DNA of 63,605 bases, filler included, from Candidatus Hydrogenedentota bacterium (GCA_040752395.1; 7 parts of 7 records of this genome joined end to end with filler, not necessarily neighbours in it); one strand, 5' to 3'. Counted from the first letter of the whole stretch, positions 29,243 to 40,142 are shown. Notes: generated from the sequence alone by a model not told the origin. Numbers and translations are program-made.

Positions 29243-30355
29243 ATGATAAAGGGACTCCTGATTTCTGAGATTGTAAGTCATATCGAGTCCCTTTATCATC
29301 CTTCACTTAAACTCGAGTTTGATAACCCTGGTTTACACATAGGTTTTAATAAAAGAATAAAAAATGTTCTTGTGGCTTTAGACCCCTTAATAGAGGTTAT
29401 TGATTATGCGGTAATGAATAAATGTGAACTTATTGTATCTCATCACCCGATAATACCACCTGACAAAGAAGAATTTATTGATGAAAACAATGTTATTCAC
29501 AGAAGAATCATAAAAGCCATACAGAATAGAATTTCTGTTTATTGCTGTCATACCCCTATTGATGTCTCAACAAAAGGTATAAATTTCAGGATGGCTGGAC
29601 TTATTGGCTTGAGTAGTTTGGAGTATATAAAAGTAACTGCAAGAAAGAACAGATTAAAACTCGTTACTTTTATACCGGAAAAATATATGGATAAATTAAT
29701 AGATAGATTAAGTAGAGAGGGAGCAGGGGTAATAGGCAATTACACAGAATGCGCTTTTTATTCAAAGGGAACCGGAAGATTCAAGGGGAATGAAAAGAGT
29801 TTGCCAGCTATCGGGAATAAAAACAAAAGAGAGTTTGTTGATGAATTCAGGGTGGAGATGATTCTTGATGAAGAAAATAGAGATAGAGTTGAAAAAGCTC
29901 TAACAGAAAATCATCCTTACGAAGAACCTGCTTATGAATTTTATAGAATAGATTCACCGTATGAAAATCAGGGTATCGGTATTATAGGTAAATTAAGTAA
30001 ACCTGTAAAACTTAGAGAATTAATCAACAGACTGAAAAGGATTTTGAAGATAGATACGGTCAGAGTAAACACAGCTGATCTTGATAAAGAGGTGAGAATC
30101 ATAGCTTATAGCGGTGGTTCAGGTGGTAGTCTAATAAAGGATGTAATAAAGAGTAAAGCAGAGGTTTATATTTGCGGTGATTTAAAGTTATATAATGGTC
30201 AGGAAGCAAAAGAAGCAGGTCTTATAACCATAGATGCGGGTCATTATCATACAGAGAAGGTTTTTATAGAGCTAATGAGCAAACATCTTAAACAACTTAA
30301 AGATATTAATGTGAAAGGGTATAGAAAGACTACGGATTATTTTATCAATGCATAA
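29243..30355 (+). CDS. Nif3-like dinuclear metal-centre protein with PII-like insert
   Basis: DNPGL, SHHP, HTPID, HPYEEPAY, DAGHYHTE. Confidence 0.93.
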   Translation: MIKGLLISEIVSHIESLYHPSLKLEFDNPGLHIGFNKRIKNVLVALDPLIEVIDYAVMNKCELIVSHHPIIPPDKEEFIDENNVIHRRIIKAIQNRISVYCCHTPIDVSTKGINFRMAGLIGLSSLEYIKVTARKNRLKLVTFIPEKYMDKLIDRLSREGAGVIGNYTECAFYSKGTGRFKGNEKSLPAIGNKNKREFVDEFRVEMILDEENRDRVEKALTENHPYEEPAYEFYRIDSPYENQGIGIIGKLSKPVKLRELINRLKRILKIDTVRVNTADLDKEVRIIAYSGGSGGSLIKDVIKSKAEVYICGDLKLYNGQEAKEAGLITIDAGHYHTEKVFIELMSKHLKQLKDINVKGYRKTTDYFINA

Positions 30356-30385
30356 CTTACTTTTTACTTCTTCATAGAAGTTGAT

Positions 30386-30459
30386 ATGAAAACAGTCATG
30401 GGTCGCGAGTCGTGAGTCAAAACAAGGCTCAAGACTCAAGACTTTTCATAGGGGTTATT
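30386..30459 (+). repeat. Single palindromic module between operon genes
   Basis: ATGAAAAcAGTC...GAGTCaaaacaaGGCTC...GACTTTTCAT then agggg SD and ATG30460. Confidence 0.85.
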
Positions 30460-31182
30460 ATGCGAGAGATTATATTAAGATTAAAAGAGCTTGAGAGTAT
30501 GGATGGTGAGTATTATGAATTAATTGAGAAGTCCAAACAGTTGCCAGAGACATTGAAAACTATGGAAAAAGAGAACATAGCAATAAGGAATGAATTACTT
30601 AATAAAGAAGAGGAGTTAAAGAAAACGATTGCCAGAGAAGATTTATTCACTCGCGAGATAGATGAGATAACAGCGAAAGTGAAAGCCCTTGATAAAAAGA
30701 TGTTTACATTAAGGAGGCTTGAGGAAGTTGATGCACTTGAAAAAGAGAAGGAATTCTTGATTAAAACCCGTAAAGAAAAAGAAAGAGAGGTTCTTGATAT
30801 TATGGATTTAAGAGAGAATCTTGAAAAGATAATACCAGAACTACGGAGTAAGGTTGAAAAATCAAATAATGAGTTTACATTATCCAGAGATAAAACAACA
30901 GCTGAGATACAAAATGTTCATAAGAGACTGAAGACATTAGAAGAGAGGAGAGAAAGCATAAAGAAGGCAATACCACTTGATATTTATCAGAAATATGAAA
31001 GAATTTATAAAGCACGCGAAGGAAAAGCCATAGCATACGTTGATAAAGAAGGTGTCTGCTCTGAGTGCGGCATACAGTTAAGACCACAGATTATAGCTAT
31101 GACAAAATTAAACAAAAAGATAGTTGAATGCGAGGGCTGTTCCAGAATACTTTATTTCCAGAGTAATAAAAATGAATCGTAG
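30460..31182 (+). CDS. Coiled-coil C4 zinc-ribbon protein (DUF164-like)
   Basis: Long coiled coil; CSEC...CEGCSRIL; usual nif3-zinc ribbon-rnhA order. Confidence 0.9.
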   Translation: MREIILRLKELESMDGEYYELIEKSKQLPETLKTMEKENIAIRNELLNKEEELKKTIAREDLFTREIDEITAKVKALDKKMFTLRRLEEVDALEKEKEFLIKTRKEKEREVLDIMDLRENLEKIIPELRSKVEKSNNEFTLSRDKTTAEIQNVHKRLKTLEERRESIKKAIPLDIYQKYERIYKAREGKAIAYVDKEGVCSECGIQLRPQIIAMTKLNKKIVECEGCSRILYFQSNKNES

Positions 31183-31699
31183 AGAGATTATTGAAGAATT
31201 AAAAAAGATAAAAAACAAAGATAATATTGATGAGATTAAAATAGGGATACAGGGTTTAATAGATAATCTTGAAGCTATAAAAGGCAGTGTAGTAAGTTTA
31301 TATTCTGATGGGACAGCGTTGGAGAATAACGGGCCCGGGGCAGCTGCGTTTATACTGAAAGACGAGACCGGAAAAACGATATTTAAGAAGGGTATTTATA
31401 TATCTGAAAAAACAACTAACAATGTTGCTGAATATAGAGCTTTATTAGAGGGTCTTAACTTTTTGATAGGGAACGGATTTAGAAAGGTTAAAATTTATTC
31501 AGACAGCAGTCTTGTTATAAATCAGTTAAAAGGAAATTATAAAATAAGAGACCAGAGATTAGCTAAATTTGCGATTGAAATTATGAATAAACTTAAAAGT
31601 ATGGATTATTATGAATTGATAAACATACCGCGAGACCAGAACAAAGAAGCAGATACTTTAGCTGTAACCGTAGTAAACCTCAAACAAGATATTGAATAA
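31172..31699 (+). CDS. rnhA: Ribonuclease HI family protein
   Basis: YSDG, TNNVAEY, SDS.LV..Q, NKEAD. Confidence 0.9.
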   Translation: MNRREIIEELKKIKNKDNIDEIKIGIQGLIDNLEAIKGSVVSLYSDGTALENNGPGAAAFILKDETGKTIFKKGIYISEKTTNNVAEYRALLEGLNFLIGNGFRKVKIYSDSSLVINQLKGNYKIRDQRLAKFAIEIMNKLKSMDYYELINIPRDQNKEADTLAVTVVNLKQDIE

Positions 31700-33164
31700 C
31701 AGCCAGAGTGATATCGTCTTTTATTTCAGTATCATGGGTATTTATAAGAATAATCAATCTATCTTTTAAATTTCCCTTAAGGGTGCTAATTTTTTCTAAT
31801 ACAAAAGCGATGCCTGAAGAATCAGTTTTATAAAAGAGATCGCTTAAACCATCTGTATAAAGCAGAAAAGATGTATTTTTATTAAATTTTAATTCAAGTT
31901 CGTTATAACAGGAATTCTTCTCCATACCTACAGATGGAGATTCTAATTCGAATGAATGAATTATATTATAATTACTGTCAATAACAACAGGGGATTCAAG
32001 ACCTGCAAAAGAAAAAATCATATTATTGGAATTTAAATCTAAGATACCATAGAATAAAGCAACAAAGTGATGCAGGATATCGATTCTGTCAGTTAAAAGT
32101 TTATTAAGATCCGATAAAACATAAGCGGGTGAAACAAGTTTATCATTTGACAGACCTGAAAAATAAGCTTTGACGATAGATACAATCAAAGCAGCAGGGA
32201 TACCCTTACCTGAAACATCACCGAAAATTATTCCAAGATGATTATCATCAATTTTAAAGTAATCATAAAAATCGCCACCTATCTCGCGTAGAGGTCTATG
32301 ATAAAAATCTATCTGTTTATTGCCAAATGATATTTTTGAAGATGGCATAAAACTTTGCTGAAGTTCGCGAGCAAGTAGTAATTCTTTTTCATTTTGCTCG
32401 TTTTCTTTACGCAATCTTTGCATAAGCCCCGACATCCTCATTGATATAGTCAAATATTGTGCAAAGGTGAGCAGAGTATTTTTCTCGAAATGGTCAAAAT
32501 TGGTATTCCGTCCTATTTCTATTACTCCTATTTTTTCTTGGTCGAAAAATAAAGGTATGCATATTACAAATTCACTGTTCTTGCAGATAGAGGAAGCAGA
32601 TAAAGAAGAACTTTGAAAATCTTTTAGATTATGTATTTTTAAATTCAGAAATGATTGTACAACACCAAGATCAGGTGAATCTTTGATTTTAGTAGCGTTT
32701 TTTGAGGCAGGCTGCTCTGGATATATTTTAACAGCTGAAAGGCTATCATCTACCTCGTTATAAAGATATATAATAAGAGCCTCAGGTAATAAAAATGATT
32801 TAATCTCATTAAACGAGATATCAATTATTTTATTACTCTCAGGGTTCTGTATCACGTATTCTCCTAAAAAAGCATATTTTTCTAAGACGTTTAATCTTTT
32901 TTCAAGCGGCTTTATTTTATTTTTCAAGGAATCTATTTCATTCTGAGCCGATACAGCGTTTTTTGAAAGGGTTTCATTTGTAATCTTTATATTTATCAGA
33001 TCATTTTCTATCTTTGAATATTTTTTAATGTAAAAATAAATTACAAGAATAAAAACTATAAATATTAATAGAAAACGGATTAAAGCTGAAGTGTATATAG
33101 TGATAAGATAGACTATGAAAGAGATAACAATAGCGATTAGAATTGTTCTTATAATCATCCTCAT
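31680..33164 (-). CDS. Membrane GAF plus PP2C/SpoIIE phosphatase
   Basis: IGGDFYD, DVSGKGIPAAL, YTDG, DDIT; start uncertain. Confidence 0.85.
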   Translation of the reverse strand: MRMIIRTILIAIVISFIVYLITIYTSALIRFLLIFIVFILVIYFYIKKYSKIENDLINIKITNETLSKNAVSAQNEIDSLKNKIKPLEKRLNVLEKYAFLGEYVIQNPESNKIIDISFNEIKSFLLPEALIIYLYNEVDDSLSAVKIYPEQPASKNATKIKDSPDLGVVQSFLNLKIHNLKDFQSSSLSASSICKNSEFVICIPLFFDQEKIGVIEIGRNTNFDHFEKNTLLTFAQYLTISMRMSGLMQRLRKENEQNEKELLLARELQQSFMPSSKISFGNKQIDFYHRPLREIGGDFYDYFKIDDNHLGIIFGDVSGKGIPAALIVSIVKAYFSGLSNDKLVSPAYVLSDLNKLLTDRIDILHHFVALFYGILDLNSNNMIFSFAGLESPVVIDSNYNIIHSFELESPSVGMEKNSCYNELELKFNKNTSFLLYTDGLSDLFYKTDSSGIAFVLEKISTLKGNLKDRLIILINTHDTEIKDDITLAVIQYLV

Positions 33165-33251
33165 CACAGAATATTGTTTATTCTTTTTTGTGTAAAGATT
33201 ATTTTTCAAATAAAACTTGACCGAATAATTAAAACATATAAAATTAATATT

Positions 33252-34622
33252 GTGAAAAGGATATTTTTGTTTTCGATAGTTTTATTAATCTCATTTGCCA
33301 CCCAGATAAAAGGAGTAATCTATCATAGTAAAGTTGATGGTCCGATAGACCCTATAATTGCAAGATATATAGAAAATACAATCCTTAAAGCTGAGAGAGA
33401 AGGGAATGTTACTTTAATAGTATTTGAGATTAATACGCCGGGTGGTCTTGTTGACTCTATGGAGACCATAGTTAAGGCTATCTCTAATACCCATATCCCG
33501 GTCTGTATCTATGTTGCGCCGAAGACCGCGCGTGCAGCATCTGCGGGCGCGTTTATAGCTTTATCAGCTGATATTATCGCGATGGCACCGCAAACACACA
33601 TAGGAGCAGCACATCCTGTTACTATGGGCTCTAATCCGGAAAAATCAAAAACAAAACCATGGGATGAATGGTTGAAGGAGAATAAAGAGGATACAAAAAG
33701 GGTAAAGAGAACCCCACCACTATCTAATGAAGATGCTATGATGGAGAAAATAACGAATTATCTTGCAGCTAAAGCTAAATCACTTGCAAAAGCGCACAAC
33801 CGGAATGAAACCTGGGCTGAAAAATCTGTGAGAGAAAGTATTATAACAGATGAAGAGCAGGCTTACAAAGATAAAGTTATAGAGATCATCGCAGAGGATT
33901 TCGATGAATTGATAACTAAAATACAGGGATTGAAAATAAATAAATTTAATAAAGAGATTATATTAGACTTAGAAGATAAAAGTACAAGAGAGCTTGAGAT
34001 GAGTTTTTCTGAATATTTCCTGCATTCCATCGCCAATCCACAGGTGGCTTATTTTCTCTTGATACTCGGGTTTTTTGGCATATTTTTTGAGTTTAAAGCA
34101 GGTGGTATAGGTTTCCCCGGGGTTTTTGGCGGTATATGTCTTATACTTGCGTTTGTAAGTTTACAGATGTTACCTATTAATATAGCAGGTCTTTTACTTA
34201 TTATTTTAGGTATCATATTACTTATACTGGAGGTCAAGATTGTGAGTTATGGAATTCTAACTATAGGTGGTATTATCTCGTTTGTGTTTGGTTCTATGAT
34301 ACTTATAGATTCGCCAAAAGGCGCGACTTATTATTCTATCCCTATGGGAATGATTTCAGGTGTAACAGTTGCTCTTGTTCTTTTTATTTTTATTGTTGGG
34401 TTTTTTGCTGTAAAGATATTCAGAAAGAAAATAGAGACAGGTAAAGAAGGTTTAATAGATAAGATAGGTATCGTGAAAGAGAGGCTTGCTCCTTCGGGTT
34501 ATATAAGGGTTGAGGGTGAACTCTGGCAGGCAAAGAGTGTTAATGCCGAAACGATTGAGGCAGGCGCGGAAGTAGTAGTAAAGGAGGTTCAGGCGAGAAT
34601 TTTAATCGTTGAAAAACGATAA
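33252..34622 (+). CDS. nfeD: NfeD long-form membrane serine protease
   Basis: NTPGG, AASAG, IGAAHP, G.I.V.GE.W. Confidence 0.92.
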   Translation: MKRIFLFSIVLLISFATQIKGVIYHSKVDGPIDPIIARYIENTILKAEREGNVTLIVFEINTPGGLVDSMETIVKAISNTHIPVCIYVAPKTARAASAGAFIALSADIIAMAPQTHIGAAHPVTMGSNPEKSKTKPWDEWLKENKEDTKRVKRTPPLSNEDAMMEKITNYLAAKAKSLAKAHNRNETWAEKSVRESIITDEEQAYKDKVIEIIAEDFDELITKIQGLKINKFNKEIILDLEDKSTRELEMSFSEYFLHSIANPQVAYFLLILGFFGIFFEFKAGGIGFPGVFGGICLILAFVSLQMLPINIAGLLLIILGIILLILEVKIVSYGILTIGGIISFVFGSMILIDSPKGATYYSIPMGMISGVTVALVLFIFIVGFFAVKIFRKKIETGKEGLIDKIGIVKERLAPSGYIRVEGELWQAKSVNAETIEAGAEVVVKEVQARILIVEKR

Positions 34623-34631
34623 AATTAGATG

Positions 34632-34787
34632 AAAGGAGTTGATATGTTGGCTTCAGGCTCCAGGTGGCTGTAGTCCGTAGCCTGTAGCCTGTAGCCCGTC
34701 CTGACACCTCTCATTTCTTCCGTTATCTTGCTTCTTGCTTCTATTTGATATTATTAGAGTTACAACGTTTTTCAGAGGAGGTTAGCT
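34632..34787 (+). repeat. Cassette between nfeD and slipin: SD-ATG, modules, new SD-ATG
   Basis: gaaaggagttgatATG(34644)...tttttcagaggaggttagctATG(34788). Confidence 0.92.
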
Positions 34788-35534
34788 ATGATAAACTTCT
34801 GGGTTATTTTAGGTATAATCATTCTTCTTTTTTTAATCAATGCTATTAAGATTGTTCGAGAGTATGAGCGAGGTGTTATATTCAGGTTCGGTCGTCTTGT
34901 TGGAGCAAAAGGTCCAGGATTGTTTTTTATAATCCCTATTGTTGATAGAATGGTGAAAGTAGATTTAAGGGTTATAACAATGGATGTACCGTCTCAGGAA
35001 GTTATAACAAGAGACAATGTCCCGTTAAGAGTGAATGCTGTTGTATATTTCAGGGTTCTTGATGCCTGCAATGCAGTTGTAAAAGTGAATGATTATTTTA
35101 TAGCAACAAGTCAGATATCGCAAACTACATTAAGGTCGGTTCTTGGTCAGATGGAGCTTGATGAACTTTTAGCTGAAAGAGACAAGATAAACAAAAGATT
35201 ACAGGAGATAATAGATGAGATGACTGACCAGTGGGGTATAAAAGTGAGTGTAGTTGAGGTAAAGGATGTTGAGTTACCCGAGGGAATGAAACGAGCGATG
35301 GCGAGACAGGCTGAGGCTGAAAGAGAAAGGAGAGCCAAGATTATAGCAGCTGAAGGTGAGTATCAGGCTGCTGAGAAACTCACTCAAGCTGCTGAGGTAA
35401 TTAGTAAGAACCCTGTAACGATACAATTAAGATACCTTCAGACATTAATCGAGGTTGCTTCTGAGAATAATTCGACAACATTGTTCCCTATACCGATTGA
35501 TTTATTTAAAGCATTTATGGATAAAAAGAGCTAA
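34788..35534 (+). CDS. Slipin / SPFH (stomatin-like) protein
   Basis: [34 protein letters not shown]. Confidence 0.95.
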   Translation: MINFWVILGIIILLFLINAIKIVREYERGVIFRFGRLVGAKGPGLFFIIPIVDRMVKVDLRVITMDVPSQEVITRDNVPLRVNAVVYFRVLDACNAVVKVNDYFIATSQISQTTLRSVLGQMELDELLAERDKINKRLQEIIDEMTDQWGIKVSVVEVKDVELPEGMKRAMARQAEAERERRAKIIAAEGEYQAAEKLTQAAEVISKNPVTIQLRYLQTLIEVASENNSTTLFPIPIDLFKAFMDKKS

Positions 35535-35569
35535 GCGAAATTCTTTTGAACTTCGAATTGAAAATTTCA

Positions 35570-35718
35570 CCCCCTTAGATACTGGTAGCTAATTATGATT
35601 AGAGGTAATTTTGACTTATCTAAGGGGGGAGATTGGGAATTGAAAATTACCCGCGACTTTTCAACTGGAGCCTGAAGCCAGTAGCCCGAAGCCTGAATTT
35701 ACAATGGAGCGAAGTGAC
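35570..35718. repeat. CCCCTTAGAT...ATCTAAGGGG inverted repeat plus AAGCC heptamer module between convergent genes
   Basis: Arms at 35571-35580 and 35618-35627; 35665-35712 nearly identical to 9086-9134; a related ccccgttaga at 46044-46053. Confidence 0.7.
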
Positions 35719-35725
35719 AAATAGG

Positions 35726-36670
35726 CTATTGCCCAATACCGATAGTTGTTATCAGGTATTTTAAATCTTTGTCTTCGAACTCGAACTTACCGCCGAGCCA
35801 GAAGCACGCATCTGAACCGAGATTGTCACCACCAGCTCTGAGGTAAAGATTTTTATAGAGATTATATTCTAAATATGACCTTATTCTGATATTATCAATT
35901 CTTTCTTCATTTTCGTAGGTCTCTCGTGTTTCAAGCAAACAAGAAGTTTTATCATTGATTTTGTAATCGATCCCGGCACCGATTCGTGATTCAAATAACC
36001 CGGCTCTAAATGTCAATCTATCATTATAGAATTTATATCCTATCTGTAAATCGAGGTCTATTTCAGTATCTCTATCCTTTTTAGTGATATCGCGGCCAGA
36101 GGTCATATCAAGACCTATGGAATAAAATTTATGGGTATTTGGTTCGATCCTTAAATAAGCGTTTGTAAGGTTCTCCTCACGTTCAAAATTTTTCATATCA
36201 GAAGCACCAAGATATATTTTTATCTCTTTACTTTTCTGTGTTATCTCTGAGATATCAGTTAGAGCTATTTTAGTTTTATCGAGCGTTTCCACTGCTTTGA
36301 GGTAGATTGTATCTTCATTAATCAGTTTACCAACAGTACCCTGACTCGTCTCTATTTTATCAGCTATTTTATTAAGTTTTTCTCCAAGATTTTTGAACTG
36401 ATTTGATAATTCCTCAAGCTCGGTATATACTTTATCTTCTTTGATAAGTTTGCCGAGTGTACCTTTGCCCTCACTAATATCAGTTGTAAGACTTTCTACC
36501 TTAGAAGTTATACGATTAATTTTTTCTGATATATCTTTAGCATCAACATAAATCTCATCGCTTGAGATCAGTTTTCCAACTGTCCCTTCAGCCTCCTCAA
36601 TCTTTTTAATAATAGCGATAGCTCTTTCTGCTACATTCTGAAAATCAAGCGCCATATTATTGAAGTTTTC
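35726..36670 (-). CDS. MlaD/MCE-family protein, C-terminal part (5' truncated)
   Basis: Repeated G.GT(V/L)GKLI..D..Y helices followed by a beta-rich C-terminus. Confidence 0.75.
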   Translation of the reverse strand, partial: ENFNNMALDFQNVAERAIAIIKKIEEAEGTVGKLISSDEIYVDAKDISEKINRITSKVESLTTDISEGKGTLGKLIKEDKVYTELEELSNQFKNLGEKLNKIADKIETSQGTVGKLINEDTIYLKAVETLDKTKIALTDISEITQKSKEIKIYLGASDMKNFEREENLTNAYLRIEPNTHKFYSIGLDMTSGRDITKKDRDTEIDLDLQIGYKFYNDRLTFRAGLFESRIGAGIDYKINDKTSCLLETRETYENEERIDNIRIRSYLEYNLYKNLYLRAGGDNLGSDACFWLGGKFEFEDKDLKYLITTIGIGQ

Positions 36671-37365
36671 NNNNNNNNNNNNNNNNNNNNNNNNNNNNNN
36701 NNNNNNNNNNNNNNTTAATTAATTAANNNNNNNNNNNNNNNNNNNNNNNNNNNNNNNNNNNNNNNNNNNNAATTGTTCGATTTTTTATTATTCAAGTTCA
36801 CTGATTAATAAAACGATGAAACGAAATAACCGTTATCTCATAATGACATGCGCGGAAACATTTTTATATAGGAAAATCGATCGTAAGAAGCACATGTAAA
36901 TCCTCTTATCTTTAAGCAATCTTACTACTTGTTCTTTCTTAGCTATAAATGCCTTAAACCCCCACGTATCAATCATTATCATTTATTATATAACTCTTTA
37001 TCTATAGAAAATTTTAATGTCGATAGACTCGCTATCGGCAAAAGTTTTTTATAAAATTGACCGCTGACTAACACCACGAGTATTATTTATAAAGTATAAT
37101 ATTTTTAAATTCAAAAGGCAGTTTAACCTAGCTTTCTATATCTATAATATTTAATATTAATTTTTGAATCCTTTGAAACGTTATCAGAAAAATAGTATGC
37201 ATATTCCCTTCCCCACCCACTATAACTCTCCTTCTCAATCAGAGTTTCATCAGCAAGCTCTATTGATATGGATTTTATGAAACTTATATTATCAGATTCG
37301 ATCTCAATTTTGTTTTCATCAAGATTCGTATTGATTTTTTATGTGATATAATTTATCTTAAGACT

Positions 37366-38520
37366 ATGATAAACATCACCCGATTGTATTGTAATGTAAA
37401 AACAGAAAGAGATTGGATAAGATACGGAGAGCGTATTCAAAATAGAAAGCCTGTTATTGTATGGAACCTTACAAGAAAATGTAATTTACGATGTATTCAC
37501 TGTTATTCTGATTCTTATAATAAAAAATATAAAAATGAGCTTGATACATCCAGTGCTAAAAAGGTAATTAAGGATTTAAGTGATTTCAAAGTGCCAGTTA
37601 TACTTTTTTCAGGAGGTGAACCATTACTTAGAAAAGATATATTCGAACTACTCTGTTATGCGAAATCTTTAAATATAAGAACTGTCTTATCTACAAACGG
37701 AACATTGATAACAAAAGAGCTCGCAAAAAAAATTAAAGATGTCTCTTGCGATTACGTCGGTATAAGTCTTGATGGTATCGGTAAAGTAAATGATTATTTC
37801 AGACAAACCAAAGGAGCTTTTATTAAAGCAAGAGATGGATTCCGAAATTGTTTAGAGATGGGTTTGAGAGTGGGGTTAAGATTGACACTTACAAAATATA
37901 ATTACAAAGATTTAGAGAATGTTTTTGATTTTATTGATAAAGAAAATATACAACGAGTATGTTTTTATCATCTCGTATATGCTGGTAGAGGAATGAATAT
38001 AAAAGACCTGGACCTGACACCAGGTGAAACGAGAATGACTATGAATAAGATTCTATCAAAAACAAGAGATTTTGTAGAAAAGGGAAAGAAGATAGAGGTC
38101 TTGACTGTGGATAACCATGTTGATTCTGTGTATATATATCTCAAATTGTTAAAAGAAAATAAAATAAGAGCAAAAGAAGTTTATAAACTCTTAAAACAAA
38201 ATGGCGGAGGATTATACTCAAGTGGTGTCGGTATAGGTTGTATAGATTATATGGGTGAGGTACATCCTGACCAGTTCTGGATGCATTATACATTAGGAAA
38301 CATTCTTGAAAGACCGTTTAAAGAGATATGGATGGATAGAAAAGACCCGTTAATGGCAGGGTTAAAAAACAGATTAATATTATTGAAAGGTAAATGTTCA
38401 CGATGTAAATATAAAGAGATTTGTGGTGGCAGTTTACGTGTCAGAGCTGATATAATTTACAATGACCCATGGAAACCTGACCCAGCCTGTTATTTAACTA
38501 AAGATGAGTTAAGTGGTTAA
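37366..38520 (+). CDS. ahbC: Radical SAM/SPASM heme biosynthesis protein, AhbC/NirJ1-like
   Basis: VIVWNLTRKCNLRCIHCY, FYHLVYAGRG, LTVDNHVD, VHPDQFW, DPACY. Confidence 0.85.
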   Translation: MINITRLYCNVKTERDWIRYGERIQNRKPVIVWNLTRKCNLRCIHCYSDSYNKKYKNELDTSSAKKVIKDLSDFKVPVILFSGGEPLLRKDIFELLCYAKSLNIRTVLSTNGTLITKELAKKIKDVSCDYVGISLDGIGKVNDYFRQTKGAFIKARDGFRNCLEMGLRVGLRLTLTKYNYKDLENVFDFIDKENIQRVCFYHLVYAGRGMNIKDLDLTPGETRMTMNKILSKTRDFVEKGKKIEVLTVDNHVDSVYIYLKLLKENKIRAKEVYKLLKQNGGGLYSSGVGIGCIDYMGEVHPDQFWMHYTLGNILERPFKEIWMDRKDPLMAGLKNRLILLKGKCSRCKYKEICGGSLRVRADIIYNDPWKPDPACYLTKDELSG

Positions 38521-38524
38521 AGAG

Positions 38525-39076
38525 ATGAATAATAAACCAAAAATAATTCTGCATACCTGTTGTGCTTGCTGTCTTGCTGGTGTTATAGAGAATCTCACAG
38601 AATTTATACCTCTAATTTTTTATTATAATCCTAATATATATCCAGAGGCCGAATACAAAAAAAGATTACAGGAGGTAATTAAAGTTGCAAAACTTTATGG
38701 ACTTGAACTCATTGAAGGAGCAAAAGATTTCCAGGCCTGGACTTTATACATCAAAGGGTTCGAGAATGAGAAAGAGGGCGGTGAAAGGTGTAAGCTATGT
38801 TTTAGGTTGCGGATGAAAAAGACCAAAGAAAAGGCAAAACAACTGAATATTAATTACGCAACAACTACTCTTACAATCTCGCCATATAAAAATTTTAAAA
38901 TTATTAAAGCTATTAGTGAAGGATTGAATGATAATGGTTTCAACTTTATAGTTTATGATTTCAAAAAAAAAGAAGGCTATTTAAAAAGTATAAAAGAAAG
39001 CAAAAGACTTGGATTATACAGACAGCATTATTGTGGCTGCGTTTATTCATTAAGAGATAATAATAATGAAAAATGA
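38525..39076 (+). CDS. queH: Epoxyqueuosine reductase QueH
   Basis: LHTCCACC, YNPNIYP, RCKLCF, TTLTISP, YRQHYCGC. Confidence 0.9.
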   Translation: MNNKPKIILHTCCACCLAGVIENLTEFIPLIFYYNPNIYPEAEYKKRLQEVIKVAKLYGLELIEGAKDFQAWTLYIKGFENEKEGGERCKLCFRLRMKKTKEKAKQLNINYATTTLTISPYKNFKIIKAISEGLNDNGFNFIVYDFKKKEGYLKSIKESKRLGLYRQHYCGCVYSLRDNNNEK

Positions 39077-40142
39077 TTTAAGGGTTATATTTCTTGAGAC
39101 TACAAATTTATGTAATTTAAATTGTATTCATTGCCGAAGGATAAATAAAAATAATAATCAGCAGCTAAATTTTAAGGAAATAAAAAGATTAATAGATGAT
39201 ATCTCTTTACAATACAGCCCTCTTTTTGTCTTATCAGGCGGTGAACCTTTGATGAGAAAAGATATCTTTGAGATAATAGAGTATAGTGCAACCACTGGAT
39301 TAGCTACTGCGCTGGCAAGTAATGGGACCTTAATAGATCAACAAATAGCAAACAAAATAAAAGTATCTAAATTAAAGCGAGTATCAATAAGTCTTGATGG
39401 CTCAAATGAAGAGATACATAATTATCTGAGAAATGAAAAAGATTCTTATAAAAAAGCTATTAGTGGTATAAGGTCTCTTATTAAAGAGGGTGTGGAGGTT
39501 CAGGTAAATTGTACAGTCTCCAGACATAATAAAGATGACTTAACTAATTTGTTTGAGTTATGCATAAAAGAACGTGTTATTGCATTACATTTTTTTCTTT
39601 TTGTTCCTGTTTCCTGCGGCCTTGAGTTAAAAGAAAAAGACCAGCTTAATAAATACGAATACGAATCGATACTTGAACAGATTTATATCCTTGATAAACA
39701 GAATAAAATTGAGATAAGAGCGACCTGTGCCCCGCAATATTATAGATTGCTTGTACAACAAGGTGAGCCTATAAAAAAGGTAACAAAAGGTTGTCTGGCT
39801 GGCTATAGTGTTTGTTTTATCGCTTCAGATGGGAATGTATATCCCTGCGGATATTTACCGATATCTGCTGGTAATATTAGAAAAAGTAGTTTCAGTGAGA
39901 TATGGGAGAATGGAGAAATTTTTAAGATATTAAGAGACGAAAATAATTTAAAGGGCAAGTGTGGTATATGTGAGTTTAAATATATCTGCTCCGGTTGCCG
40001 GGCAAGAGCCTATAGTTTATATGGTGATTTTTTAGCTGAAGAACCGCTCTGTTTATATAACCCCTCAGTTAGAGGTGATATAATAGAAGCAAAAAGCAAG
40101 ATAATGAAACCATATCGAAAAGTGTGGAATTATAATTTTTAA
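39066..40142 (+). CDS. ahbD: Radical SAM/SPASM heme biosynthesis protein, AhbD/NirJ2-like
   Basis: CNLNCIHCR, TCAPQYYR, KGCLAG, GKCGICEF..CSGCRAR. Confidence 0.82.
   Translation: MKNDLRVIFLETTNLCNLNCIHCRRINKNNNQQLNFKEIKRLIDDISLQYSPLFVLSGGEPLMRKDIFEIIEYSATTGLATALASNGTLIDQQIANKIKVSKLKRVSISLDGSNEEIHNYLRNEKDSYKKAISGIRSLIKEGVEVQVNCTVSRHNKDDLTNLFELCIKERVIALHFFLFVPVSCGLELKEKDQLNKYEYESILEQIYILDKQNKIEIRATCAPQYYRLLVQQGEPIKKVTKGCLAGYSVCFIASDGNVYPCGYLPISAGNIRKSSFSEIWENGEIFKILRDENNLKGKCGICEFKYICSGCRARAYSLYGDFLAEEPLCLYNPSVRGDIIEAKSKIMKPYRKVWNYNF

Noticed and set aside
30386-30459. Integron attC sites
   Set aside because: The hairpins lack RYYYAAC/GTTRRRY ends, flank core genes, and no integrase is present.
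36771-37330. PIN-like start (MIMIDTWG, minus strand) and another ORF fragment
   Set aside because: Too degraded and truncated to annotate from sequence alone.
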